NCBI RefSeq assembly: GCF_000196355.1 | Contig: NC_007614.1 | Span: 780,001-812,000 of the forward strand | From: Nitrosospira multiformis ATCC 25196 | GTDB taxonomy: Bacteria; Pseudomonadota; Gammaproteobacteria; Burkholderiales; Nitrosomonadaceae | Reading direction: 5' to 3' | Length of the DNA: 32,000 bases | Part shown: positions 1-9,800 of the stretch, in pieces | How positions within the stretch are numbered: position 1 is the first letter of the stretch | Layout of the letters: every line of letters starts with the position of its first letter | Notes under the pieces: model-generated | What the model was told of the DNA's origin: nothing | The model's input: the letters and a program-made list of their open reading frames with translations, nothing else | Database searches by the model: none | Translations under genes and position numbers: made by a program

Positions 1-1
1 G

Positions 2-658
2 GAGGAGCCGCGGGGTTTGGGGCATGCAATTTACTGCGCGCGACATCTCGTGGGCAACGAACCGTTCGCCGTACTGCTTCCGGACGATTTGATCGATGGA
101 GATCCTCCTGTGCTGGCACAGATGGTGTCCCAGTATGAACAAGTCCAAAGCAGCCTCATAGCGGTGCGCGAGGTTACGCGCGAACAGACGCGGCGGTATG
201 GAATTGTGGATGCTTTTGATGCAGAGGCAGAGAGCGATACGCTGAAAATCAGGGGGGTAGTGGAAAAACCTTCTCCTGACGCTGCGCCATCCACGATGGC
301 TATCGTAGGTCGTTACGTTCTGTCACCCGCCATTTTTGACTGCATCAGCAATCTCAACCCGGGAACAGGAGGGGAAATTCAGCTTACCGACGGAATCTCC
401 CGTCTTCTCAAGCTGGAATCTGTCCTGGCCTACCGTTACCAGGGGAAGCATTATGATTGCGGCAGCAAGGCGGGCTTCCTGGAGGCAACCATCGCCTATG
501 GTTTGCAGCACCCGGAAGTGGCGATGGAGTTCAGGGAAACCTTATTAAAGATAGGACAGGAACTTATTCGCCAGGAGCTCATTCAGGAGTTTCAACAGGA
601 TCCGGAACCTGTCGCCGCTGTTGCAAACGAGCCCATATTGAAGGCGGCTCAGGCATGA
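2..658 (+). CDS. galU: UTP--glucose-1-phosphate uridylyltransferase, C-terminal part (5' end lies outside the window)
   Basis: The frame is open from base 2 and reads EEPRGLGHAIYCARHLVGNEPFAVLLPDD. This matches the conserved GalU (Q)EPxGLGHAV motif and the downstream VEKP...GRY(V/I)L region. The ORF track begins at an internal TTG at 17. Stop codon at 656-658. Confidence 0.85.
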   Translation, partial: EEPRGLGHAIYCARHLVGNEPFAVLLPDDLIDGDPPVLAQMVSQYEQVQSSLIAVREVTREQTRRYGIVDAFDAEAESDTLKIRGVVEKPSPDAAPSTMAIVGRYVLSPAIFDCISNLNPGTGGEIQLTDGISRLLKLESVLAYRYQGKHYDCGSKAGFLEATIAYGLQHPEVAMEFRETLLKIGQELIRQELIQEFQQDPEPVAAVANEPILKAAQA

Positions 659-754
659 TCGATTGCCTGAGAAAGTGCCAATTCTTCAAAGACTAACCTG
701 CCTGCCTTGCTCGCTCGACTCCATTTCGGGTCGTGCGCGCCATCTTGGAGATCA

Positions 755-773
755 GGGAGGCTCATCACCTCCC
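755..773 (+). terminator. Candidate hairpin downstream of galU (GGGAGG-N7-CCTCCC) followed by a weak T-rich stretch
   Basis: The 6-bp GC-rich arms at 755-760 and 768-773 are exact complements. The downstream sequence GTATCTTCTT is only partly U-rich. The hairpin lies in the convergent galU/psd gap. Confidence 0.3.
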
Positions 774-869
774 GTATCTTCTTAAAGCACTTCTTTCAGT
801 TCCGCCTGCAGCCCTTCGTCTTTGCCAGCAAGAGGGAAATGAAGGGAAATGAGGAATGCTCTTTTCTTT

Positions 870-1739
870 TTATTTGGCCGGATCAGCTTTGGTCGCCATC
901 GTTTCCCCGAACCGTATGGTTCGGCCGGGGGCCCAGGCGGGATTAAACGCTATTTCGTTTTTCGGGAATAACATTACCACTGTTGATCCCAATTGGAATC
1001 TGCCCATCTCATCCCCTTTTTTGAGCACCAGATCCGCAGAGTCATATCGCCACTCCTGTACATCGCGCGCCCCTTCTGAATCCCGCGGGTTGACCACTCC
1101 ATGCCATACGGTGGCTACACTCCCGACAATAGTGGCGCCTACCAGCACTAAAGCAAATGGCCCGAATTCCGATTCAAATATGCAAATCACCCTCTCGTTG
1201 CGTGCAAACAACCCCGGGACGCCGCGGACCGTTTTCGCGTTCACGGAGAACAGATCTCCCGGAACATAGATCATTCGGCTCACGCGTGCATCTACGGGCA
1301 TGTGGACCCGGTGATAATCCCTCGGGCTCAGATACAGGGTGGCAAAGTTGCCCCCATAGAATTTTTCCGCCAGCCGGGTATCCCCTCCCAGCAGCGCGGC
1401 GGCGGAATAATTGTGTCCCTTGGCCTGAAATATCTGGTCGCCGGAAATGACGCCGAGCTGGCTTATGACGCCGTCGGCTGGACAAACATAATCGGCATCA
1501 GATATCGGACGGTTTTCCAGAAGCAGCGGACGGGTAAAAAACTCGTTGAAGGTTCGATAGCTGCGAATATCCGGGTTAATCGCTTCATTCATATTCACCC
1601 CGTAGCGCCAGACAAACCAACGGATAAGAAGCGTGGTGAGATTGCCGGCCTCAGCATTGGCAATACGTCCGGCCAGCAGTGTCAGCGCATGTTTAGGCAA
1701 TAAGTACTGAGGAAATACAGAAAGAGAAGCTGTCTGCAT
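870..1739 (-). CDS. psd: Phosphatidylserine decarboxylase proenzyme
   Basis: 289 aa. The N-terminus [15 protein letters not shown]...[16 protein letters not shown] is typical of Psd. The C-terminal FQLGSTV self-cleavage (LGST) motif is present. Confidence 0.9.
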   Translation of the reverse strand: MQTASLSVFPQYLLPKHALTLLAGRIANAEAGNLTTLLIRWFVWRYGVNMNEAINPDIRSYRTFNEFFTRPLLLENRPISDADYVCPADGVISQLGVISGDQIFQAKGHNYSAAALLGGDTRLAEKFYGGNFATLYLSPRDYHRVHMPVDARVSRMIYVPGDLFSVNAKTVRGVPGLFARNERVICIFESEFGPFALVLVGATIVGSVATVWHGVVNPRDSEGARDVQEWRYDSADLVLKKGDEMGRFQLGSTVVMLFPKNEIAFNPAWAPGRTIRFGETMATKADPAK

Positions 1740-1868
1740 GGCAATTTTTGAGATAGAAATAGAGGCTATTATAGTGTATTAAGCGATCAATCTTCGTGAC
1801 CCGGGTTTACTCCAACTCGCGTCAACCAGATGTCATAATATCCATTCCCCCTGGGCGCGAACCTCCTA

Positions 1869-3689
1869 TTATAGCCTGTGTCCCAGGCCGCCGCTTACAA
1901 GTTGAAGTCTGGTTTGTTCTTCCTGTTGCTGCAGTTCCCACATATAAGTATAGGCTCCATTCATCGCCAGGAGTTCCCGGTGAGTACCGCGCTCAACGAT
2001 GCGGCCATGATCCATCACCAGAATTTGGTCGGAATCGACGATAGTGGATAAACGGTGAGCAATCGTCAGTGTGGTGCGATTGGCAGCGATACGACGCATC
2101 TCCCCCTGAATGCTTTTTTCCGACTTTGAATCCAGGGCAGAGGTGGCCTCATCAAAGATAAGGATTCCGGGATTTTTCAAGATCGCGCGAGCTATCGCTA
2201 CCCGCTGTTTTTCGCCTCCCGAAAGTTTCAACCCTCTTTCCCCCACGACCGTCTGGTACTTGTCCGGCAGGCTCTCAATGAAATCATGAAGATGAGCGGA
2301 TCTTGCGGCTTCAAATACCTCCTCCGGGCTCGCCTCAGGGTTGCCGTAGGAAATATTGTAATAAATGGTATCGTTGAACAGGACGCTGTCTTGTGGAACG
2401 ATGCCGATCGCGGCTCGCAGGCTGCTCTGGGAAACATCCCTGATATCCTGTCCGTTTACCAGGATGCGTCCGCTGCTGACATCGTAAAAGCGAAAGAGTA
2501 ACCGTGCGAGGGTAGATTTGCCAGATCCGCTATGGCCCACCACTGCAACGCTGGAGCCGGCGGGAATGTCGAAGCTGACATCAAACAGAATCTGACGGTT
2601 CGGTTCGTAACTGAAATTTACCGCTTCGAAGCGTACGGGGGCGTTTCCGGCAATAAGGGTTGCTGCACCCGGTTTATCCTGGATCTCTTCATTCTCTGCC
2701 AGTAGATTGAACATTTTTTCCATATCCGCCAGAGAATGCTTGATCTCCCGGTAAACGAATCCAAGAAAATGCAGCGGCATATAAAGTTGGAGCATGTAAG
2801 CATTGACGAGCACCAGATCGCCCAATGACATGGACCCCTGAATCACGCCGTCGGCGGCAAGCCACAACAGTGCAGTTATTCCTATTGCTATGATGGCGCT
2901 CTGCCCCGAGTTGAGTAAGGCCAGAGAAGTCTGGTTACGAACCGCCGCAATTTCCCATTTTTGCATGTGCTCATCGTAGCGCCGCGCTTCCCAGGACTCA
3001 TTGCCGAAATACTTGACTGTTTCGTAGTTCAGAAGGCTATCGATTGCCTGAGTGTTGGCTTTTGAATCCATGTCATTCATGGTTCTCCGAAAAATCATTC
3101 GCCATTCGGTCACGATGAGCGTGAGCGCAATGTAGGCTACCAGCGTGCCAAGGATGATCACGGAAAACCAGATGCTGTACCCGGAGATGAGGATGATGGC
3201 AACGAGACTGATTTCCAGCAGAGTCGGGAGGATATTGAACAGCATGAAATTGAGGAGAAATGAAATACCGCGGGTTCCCCGCTCAATATCCCGCGACATG
3301 CCTCCCGTCTGCCTTTGCAGATGAAAGCGCAGCGACAGCGCATGCAAATGGCTGAACACCCTGATTGCGACGCGGCGAATGGCGCGCTGCGTCACCTTGG
3401 CGAACACGGCATCACGCAGCTCTCCGAAGAGTGTGCTGCAGAAACGCAGGAGGCCATACGCTAACAGCAACAGAACCGGCAAGACCAGCAGGGCGCGGGG
3501 ACGGTCAAGCGCGTCGATAATTTCCTTCAGTACCAGCGGTATGGCCACGCTGGCAAGCTTGGCCATGAACATCAATACCACTGCCGCCATTACCCTGCCT
3601 TTGAATTCCCATAAATAAGGCAGCAGCGTACGGACGGTCTTCCAGTCGTTCCGGTTGATGGGCGGCTTTTCCAGACGGGTAGGGCGCAT
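1869..3689 (-). CDS. ABC exporter half-transporter (TMD-NBD fusion), Atm1/HMT1-like subfamily
   Basis: 606 aa. It has an N-terminal six-helix-type membrane domain, then Walker A GHSGSGKST, the signature LSGGEKQRVAIARA and Walker B ILIFDEATSALD. The length and the N-terminal LLPYLWEF region resemble bacterial Atm1-type exporters. The subfamily assignment is from memory only. Confidence 0.8.
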   Translation of the reverse strand: MRPTRLEKPPINRNDWKTVRTLLPYLWEFKGRVMAAVVLMFMAKLASVAIPLVLKEIIDALDRPRALLVLPVLLLLAYGLLRFCSTLFGELRDAVFAKVTQRAIRRVAIRVFSHLHALSLRFHLQRQTGGMSRDIERGTRGISFLLNFMLFNILPTLLEISLVAIILISGYSIWFSVIILGTLVAYIALTLIVTEWRMIFRRTMNDMDSKANTQAIDSLLNYETVKYFGNESWEARRYDEHMQKWEIAAVRNQTSLALLNSGQSAIIAIGITALLWLAADGVIQGSMSLGDLVLVNAYMLQLYMPLHFLGFVYREIKHSLADMEKMFNLLAENEEIQDKPGAATLIAGNAPVRFEAVNFSYEPNRQILFDVSFDIPAGSSVAVVGHSGSGKSTLARLLFRFYDVSSGRILVNGQDIRDVSQSSLRAAIGIVPQDSVLFNDTIYYNISYGNPEASPEEVFEAARSAHLHDFIESLPDKYQTVVGERGLKLSGGEKQRVAIARAILKNPGILIFDEATSALDSKSEKSIQGEMRRIAANRTTLTIAHRLSTIVDSDQILVMDHGRIVERGTHRELLAMNGAYTYMWELQQQEEQTRLQLVSGGLGHRL

Positions 3690-4052
3690 CGTTGAATTCC
3701 AGATGATAAGGGTTCAGAAGGAGTATAACGCGCCCTTGGCTAGATATCGTCGAATCACGGGATAATGGCGGGGCGTTTTGAGAATGGATTTGCGCATCCT
3801 GCAAGCCAGAAGCCAAGCCTATATTTTTAAGGCATAAAGCATAATTCCGGCTCTCCACAGGCTTCTTTGGCACTGCCTAAGCTAAATTCCATCCCCTTGG
3901 CGGATGGCTAAAGCAATCCAAAAAAAAATGATGCTTTTTCTCATGAGAAGCTAATTAAATAACATTATCTGGCAATCTTATTGCAGGACTGACCATGCTT
4001 TGTCGTTAAGCAAGACAAAGGTTGATGCAACTACAACATAAGAGGTGAATTT

Positions 4053-5252
4053 TTGAGCGAATCCAAATCTGCAATTTCCATAGCTCTGGGACGCCCTCCT
4101 TATCAAAAGGAGTTTCACAACATAGAAGAACTCCAAAAATGGTTTGCAGATGAGCGCAATAAATTTGAGTGGATTCAAAAAGTCACATTTGCTGATGTCA
4201 CTCATGACCGTAATTATTTGGAGAAGCTATGGGGGAAAATAAATGGATGGCATGCTGCAATAAGCAAGCTTATAGCTGATTGGAAAAGCCATGCTCATGA
4301 TGAGAAAGAGCTGGAAAAAACAATTCAAGCTCACAAAAACTCATTATTGGGTGAACTTAAGGCAGAAGAAATACTCCTGTCGTCCTCATCGGAGATGGAG
4401 TTCATCTTCGGCTTGCGTCGTAGAAGATCAGATCTCGTGGCAGCTTATGCGTTGTGTTTCTTGATGGATTTGGATGTTCCTTCTACTAATGATGCAACGG
4501 AAGGCATGTTTTGGGTGCTGCGCTATCGGGAAGGAAGTACCGCAACAGTAGAATCACAAGCGCACGCGTTGGAAGCATTGGCGGCGAAATGGAATGCCAG
4601 TTTTCAGGAGCAGCGCAGTAAAAATCAGGAAGCTGCAGATAACCAGAACAATAGCCTAGCTACTTTAATCGGTGAAGTTAAATCGTTAAAGCGGGAAGCG
4701 AGCGTGCTACTGAATCAACAAAGTACCGATTATGAAAGCCATAAGAATCAGCTAGAAGTTGATCTGAAAAGTATCAAAACGGCCTTCAGCAGTGAACTCG
4801 GGCTGAAGGAACCGGTTAATTACTGGCAGGCTAAGCTAAGATATCATCGATGGGTCTTGTGCTGTATGGCTGTAGTTACCTTGTTCGTAGCTGGGGCAGC
4901 TATTTACTGCTTTATATGTGCGGCCTATCAATTTTCACACGCAGATATTGGACGAATTCCTCTTTTACATTTAAGTATCTTGTTTGCAATATCTACGGCA
5001 GGAATTTGGTTGACCCGGATTTGCAGCAAGATATTCATTTCAAATCTACACCTGCGAACAGATGCTCATGAACGTGTGACGATGTGTAAGACCTACTTGG
5101 CGCTGCTGGCTATAGATAAGGGGATCACGGAGACGGATCGACAATTGATGCTTCAGACGTTGTTTCGACCAAGTTCAACAGGTTTCATTAAGGAGGATGG
5201 ACCATCCGGAGTTTTTGAATTAGCGAAGATATGGGAGAGGAGGGGAGGCTAA
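4053..5252 (+). CDS. Hypothetical coiled-coil membrane protein (orphan; no family recognised)
   Basis: 399-aa ORF with a TTG start 5 nt after a strong SD AAGAGGTG (4040-4047). The N-terminal ~265 aa are soluble, with a charged, heptad-like Q/E/K-rich segment. Two hydrophobic helices follow (WVLCCMAVVTLFVAGAAIYCFICAAY and LLHLSILFAISTAGIWLTRICSKIF). The C-terminal tail of ~70 aa reads RTDAHERVTMCKTYLALL...LFRPSSTGFIKEDG. GC content is clearly lower than in the neighbouring genes. Confidence 0.6.
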   Translation: MSESKSAISIALGRPPYQKEFHNIEELQKWFADERNKFEWIQKVTFADVTHDRNYLEKLWGKINGWHAAISKLIADWKSHAHDEKELEKTIQAHKNSLLGELKAEEILLSSSSEMEFIFGLRRRRSDLVAAYALCFLMDLDVPSTNDATEGMFWVLRYREGSTATVESQAHALEALAAKWNASFQEQRSKNQEAADNQNNSLATLIGEVKSLKREASVLLNQQSTDYESHKNQLEVDLKSIKTAFSSELGLKEPVNYWQAKLRYHRWVLCCMAVVTLFVAGAAIYCFICAAYQFSHADIGRIPLLHLSILFAISTAGIWLTRICSKIFISNLHLRTDAHERVTMCKTYLALLAIDKGITETDRQLMLQTLFRPSSTGFIKEDGPSGVFELAKIWERRGG

Positions 5253-5483
5253 TTCATCTTATTTGGTTTCTGTGAATCCATCTGGTCGCTGGATTGCTCA
5301 AACCCGCATATATTGTATGGCGGAGATACTGCAAAACACTTTTCGGCGCGCCTGATGGTTGATGGTATAACCCGGATTTCAGCACTGGTTGAGTAAATAC
5401 CCATGTTCATGGCGCTTCTATAATTCTCAAGGCCGGTTTGGTGAGATACCGGATCAGGTAGGAGCGGGTTCAGATAAGCGGAT

Positions 5484-5508
5484 AAAAAAAGGCGCCCAAC
5501 CGGGCGCC
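5484..5508 (-). terminator. Rho-independent terminator of the cbbLSX transcript
   Basis: The minus strand reads GGCGCCC-GGTT-GGGCGCC followed by TTTTTTT. This is a perfect 7-bp GC stem, a 4-nt loop and a U7 tract, 79 nt downstream of the cbbX stop. Confidence 0.8.
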
Positions 5509-5586
5509 CTGTTTGATCAATACTGCAATGATAAGTTGCTAAGCTTTTAATACCGGCTGAGTCATGGACGCGGTGTGGAAAGCGCT

Positions 5587-6564
5587 CTATACCGACTCCT
5601 CGGATAATTCCCGGCTTGCCCCCTCATCTCCATCCAGATCAACAGCACCTTCCACGAATACACGGCTTGCCCGGATATCCTCCGCTTCGATAGTGATCAG
5701 ATCGGTGCGTGACAGGTTTTTCTTTGCTCCCTCGAACAAACGGTTGGCTTGACGCAGCCTTGCGCGATCGAGGGCATTGCGTACGGAACGCGCATTGGCA
5801 AAATGCTCCATTTTCATCCTCAACCGGATGTATTCGCCAAAGGCCTTCTCCGCTTCTGCGCTGAGACGGTAATTCTGTGCCGCCAGCATAAGCTTGGCGA
5901 TAGCCACCAGCTCATCCGGAGAATAATCGGGAAAATCGATGTGGTGAGCTATCCGCGAGCGCATGCCAGGGTTGCTGCGGAAGAATTTGTCCATGCGGTC
6001 CTTGTAACCAGCAAGGATGACAACCAGATCATCCCGGTTGTTTTCCATCACCTGCAGCAGGATTTCGATCGACTCGGCGCCATAATCCCGTTCATTCTCG
6101 GGTTTGTAGAGGTAATAGGCTTCGTCGATGAACAGCACCCCCCCCATGGCCTTCTTTATCACTTCCTTGGTCTTGGGGGCGGTATGACCGATATATTGGC
6201 CCACCAGGTCATCGCGGGTCACGGAAACAAGGTGTCCTTCACGCACATACCCCAGGCGGTGCAATATCTCGGACATACGCTGGGCGACCGTGGTTTTCCC
6301 GGTGCCTGGATTGCCGGTGAAAGACATGTGCAGGCTGGGCGCGCCGGCGGTGAGATCCAGTTTCTTGCGGACGCGGTCCACGAGCAACAAGGCTGCAGTT
6401 TCGCGAATGCGGGTTTTTACCGGCTTCAAGCCAATCAGCTCACGGTCAAGCTTATCCAGCACTTCCTTGATATTGGAAGCCTGAAACTCGGCTTCCAGAT
6501 TAATGGAACTGGTATCGGAAGGGGGAGTTTCTTTCAGTTGTGTTGTCACGTTTGATCCACCCAA
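5587..6564 (-). CDS. cbbX: AAA+ RuBisCO activase CbbX (red-type)
   Basis: The sequence [30 protein letters not shown]...[16 protein letters not shown]...[11 protein letters not shown]...VILAGY is characteristic of CbbX, and the gene lies immediately downstream of cbbLS. The start is uncertain. A TTG at 6564 has no SD, whereas a GTG at 6549 is preceded by GGTGGA and may be the real start. Confidence 0.9.
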   Translation of the reverse strand: MGGSNVTTQLKETPPSDTSSINLEAEFQASNIKEVLDKLDRELIGLKPVKTRIRETAALLLVDRVRKKLDLTAGAPSLHMSFTGNPGTGKTTVAQRMSEILHRLGYVREGHLVSVTRDDLVGQYIGHTAPKTKEVIKKAMGGVLFIDEAYYLYKPENERDYGAESIEILLQVMENNRDDLVVILAGYKDRMDKFFRSNPGMRSRIAHHIDFPDYSPDELVAIAKLMLAAQNYRLSAEAEKAFGEYIRLRMKMEHFANARSVRNALDRARLRQANRLFEGAKKNLSRTDLITIEAEDIRASRVFVEGAVDLDGDEGASRELSEESV

Positions 6565-6698
6565 AAGGAAATAAAATTTTAGACTCGTGCCTCGGTTATT
6601 GGTTTACCGGAAAACGGCCTTACATCGGGTTATGAGAGAAATCAGGATCAAGTAAGACAACAGGCCGTTAAAGCACCTGCTGCCTTTCCAAATTGGTT

Positions 6699-6723
6699 CT
6701 CCCCTCCCGGGAAGGAAGGGGAG
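6699..6723 (-). other. Intercistronic hairpin between cbbS and cbbX (CTCCCCT-N11-AGGGGAG)
   Basis: The 7-bp arms at 6699-6705 and 6717-6723 are exact complements and begin 8 nt after the cbbS stop. No U-tract follows. This suggests an mRNA-stabilising or partially attenuating structure rather than a full terminator. Confidence 0.3.
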
Positions 6724-6730
6724 GCAGCCA

Positions 6731-7165
6731 TCAGTACCGCTCTGCTTCCGGTTTTTCCGTTGCGTAGGAATGGACGGTATAGCGAATTTGCCGTCCATCC
6801 ACTTCCTGACGCACCAAGCCAAAACCAGGCTCGTTCTTCGGACGGTTGACGATGTAGGACATCGCCGGGCTTTCCACACCGCGCGATGAATCGAAAGCCG
6901 TAACACGAATGTAGTGGTTCGGATAGGTCTTGCGGCAATCGTTGATCTCCTGCAGGATACCCGCGGGGTCCTTCAGGTCGAACATCGGGTTGCCGAACAT
7001 TTCCCAATACGTGTTGCGGGGATGCGGATCATCGGTATATTCAATTCCGATAGCCCAGTTGTTCTTCAGCGCATATTTGATTTGCGCCGAAATCTGCTTA
7101 TCCGTCAGCGGGGGCAGAAAAGAAAATTGCCCTTGCGTGAGACGGTTTTGAAAATTGGTCATCAT
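6731..7165 (-). CDS. cbbS: RuBisCO small subunit, red-type (form IC/ID-like)
   Basis: 144 aa. The sequence [51 protein letters not shown] is typical. The C-terminal extension characteristic of red-type small subunits is present. SD AGGAGA lies 9 nt upstream of the ATG. Confidence 0.95.
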
Positions 7166-7188
7166 AATATGGTTTCTCCTTGATACGA

Positions 7189-8730
<1,542 letters not shown>

Positions 8731-8743
8731 TCACATGTTTTGA

Positions 8744-8772
8744 TTGTTATGATAAGATTATGCTTATATATT
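8744..8772 (+). promoter_or_regulatory. Candidate cbbR promoter with an embedded dyad (probable CbbR autoregulatory/activation site)
   Basis: The -35 is TTGTTA (8744-8749), the spacer is 17 bp, and the -10 is TATATT (8767-8772). The dyad ATAAG-N6-CTTAT (8752-8767) fills the spacer. This sits in the AT-rich 143-bp divergent cbbR/cbbL region, where LysR-type CbbR sites are expected. As spaced here the dyad gives T-N12-A, not the canonical T-N11-A. Confidence 0.4.
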
Positions 8773-8801
8773 TTCACTCTCCCATGAAACCATGAGGGAA
8801 T

Positions 8802-9737
8802 ATGCTGCATATCACACTGCGGCAGTTAAAAGTTTTTGAATCGGTTGCCCGCCATCTGAGTTTTTCCCGTGCAGCCGAGGAACTCCATCTTACCCAGCCG
8901 GCAGTTTCCATGCAGATCAAGCAACTGGAAGACACCGTGGAACTTCCGTTGTTCGAGCAGATGGGCAAAAAGATCTACCTGACCGATGCGGGGCGCGAAC
9001 TTTATCATTACAGTCGTGCCATCTCTCAGCAACTGTCAGACATGGAGCTGGCGCTCGATGAATTGAAAGGACTGGAACGAGGCAGGCTCAATATTTCGGT
9101 GGTCAGTACCGCCAACTATTTTGCCCCGCATCTGCTGGCCAAGTTCTGTCAGCGCTACCCGGACATTACCGTCAGCCTCAATGTTTCCAATCGCGAAACC
9201 GTCCTCAAGCAACTGTCCGACAACGTGATCGATCTTGCCATCATGGGACAGCCTCCGGAAGACCTGGATATTGCGGCCGAATCTTTCATGGAGAATCCTC
9301 TGGTCGTCATTGCGGCGCCGGACCATCCGTTGTGCAGGATGGAGAGGATCCCTGTGAAACGCCTGGAGCAGGAAACATTCCTGGTGCGGGAGCCGGGTTC
9401 CGGTACACGCGGCGCGATGGAGCGTTTTTTCGCATCGCACCATATTTCGCTCAGCAAGGGAATGGAAACGGACACCAGCGAGGCGATCAAACAGGCAGTC
9501 CAGGCAGGCATGGGTCTGGGCATCACCTCGCTGCACACGGTGGAGCTGGAACTGGAAACAAAACGGCTGAAGATTCTCGACGTCGAGGATTTTCCCATCA
9601 TGCGCTACTGGCATATCGTTCATCGAAAGCACAAGCGGCTCTCCAGTGTTGCCCAGGCATTCAAGGAATTTCTGCTGAAAGAGGCTCGCGGATTGATGCC
9701 GATGTCACACAAAAGAGCGGCTGAAGCCTGGCGATAG
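8802..9737 (+). CDS. cbbR: LysR-family transcriptional regulator of the cbb operon
   Basis: 311 aa. The N-terminal wHTH reads ITLRQLKVFESVARHLSFSRAAEELHLTQPAVSMQIKQLE. The gene is divergent from cbbL. SD GAGGGA lies at 8794-8799. Confidence 0.85.
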   Translation: MLHITLRQLKVFESVARHLSFSRAAEELHLTQPAVSMQIKQLEDTVELPLFEQMGKKIYLTDAGRELYHYSRAISQQLSDMELALDELKGLERGRLNISVVSTANYFAPHLLAKFCQRYPDITVSLNVSNRETVLKQLSDNVIDLAIMGQPPEDLDIAAESFMENPLVVIAAPDHPLCRMERIPVKRLEQETFLVREPGSGTRGAMERFFASHHISLSKGMETDTSEAIKQAVQAGMGLGITSLHTVELELETKRLKILDVEDFPIMRYWHIVHRKHKRLSSVAQAFKEFLLKEARGLMPMSHKRAAEAWR

Positions 9738-9746
9738 CTTTCCCCC

Positions 9747-9772
9747 GCAGCCATTCCAGCATGGAATGCTGC
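9747..9772. other. Hairpin in the convergent cbbR / RND gap
   Basis: The sequence is GCAG(C)CATTCC-AGCAT-GGAATGCTGC, 10 bp with one bulge. There is no U-tract on either strand, so terminator function is unproven. Confidence 0.25.
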
Positions 9773-9800
9773 CGGCAGGAATGTTATCTGTCCAGGATGT

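Noticed and set aside
833-852. A perfect 10-bp tandem duplication AGGGAAATGA x2 lies just downstream of the psd stop.
   Set aside because: It has only two copies, no associated structure or gene, and is probably a trivial slippage duplication.
3505-3873. A 122-aa minus-strand ORF overlaps the start of the ABC exporter. A 75-aa ORF at 3978-4205 is antisense to the orphan gene's start.
   Set aside because: They are out of frame or overlapping with better-supported genes, and have no SD or recognisable sequence.
3951-3969. A Fur-box-like AT-rich 19-mer (CTAATTAAATAACATTATC) lies upstream of the orphan gene. A second weak one lies near 21016-21034 upstream of iscR.
   Set aside because: They match only about 11/19 and 9/19 positions of GATAATGATAATCATTATC by hand alignment. 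In AT-rich DNA this is not distinguishable from chance.
5249-5410. A 53-aa minus-strand sORF (MNMGIYSTSAEIRVIP...) is convergent with the orphan 399-aa gene. I considered it as a possible small partner protein.
   Set aside because: It has only a weak SD-like AGAAG and no distinctive features. Its stop overlaps the other gene's stop by chance-level geometry. It is not supportable from sequence alone.
5749-6555. A 268-aa plus-strand ORF lies antisense to cbbX. Similar ORFs at 7180-7959 and 8005-8685 lie antisense to cbbL.
   Set aside because: They lie entirely within, and opposite to, genes with unmistakable CbbX and CbbL sequences. They have no SD and a low-complexity R/G/A/H-rich composition typical of antisense frames in GC-biased coding DNA.
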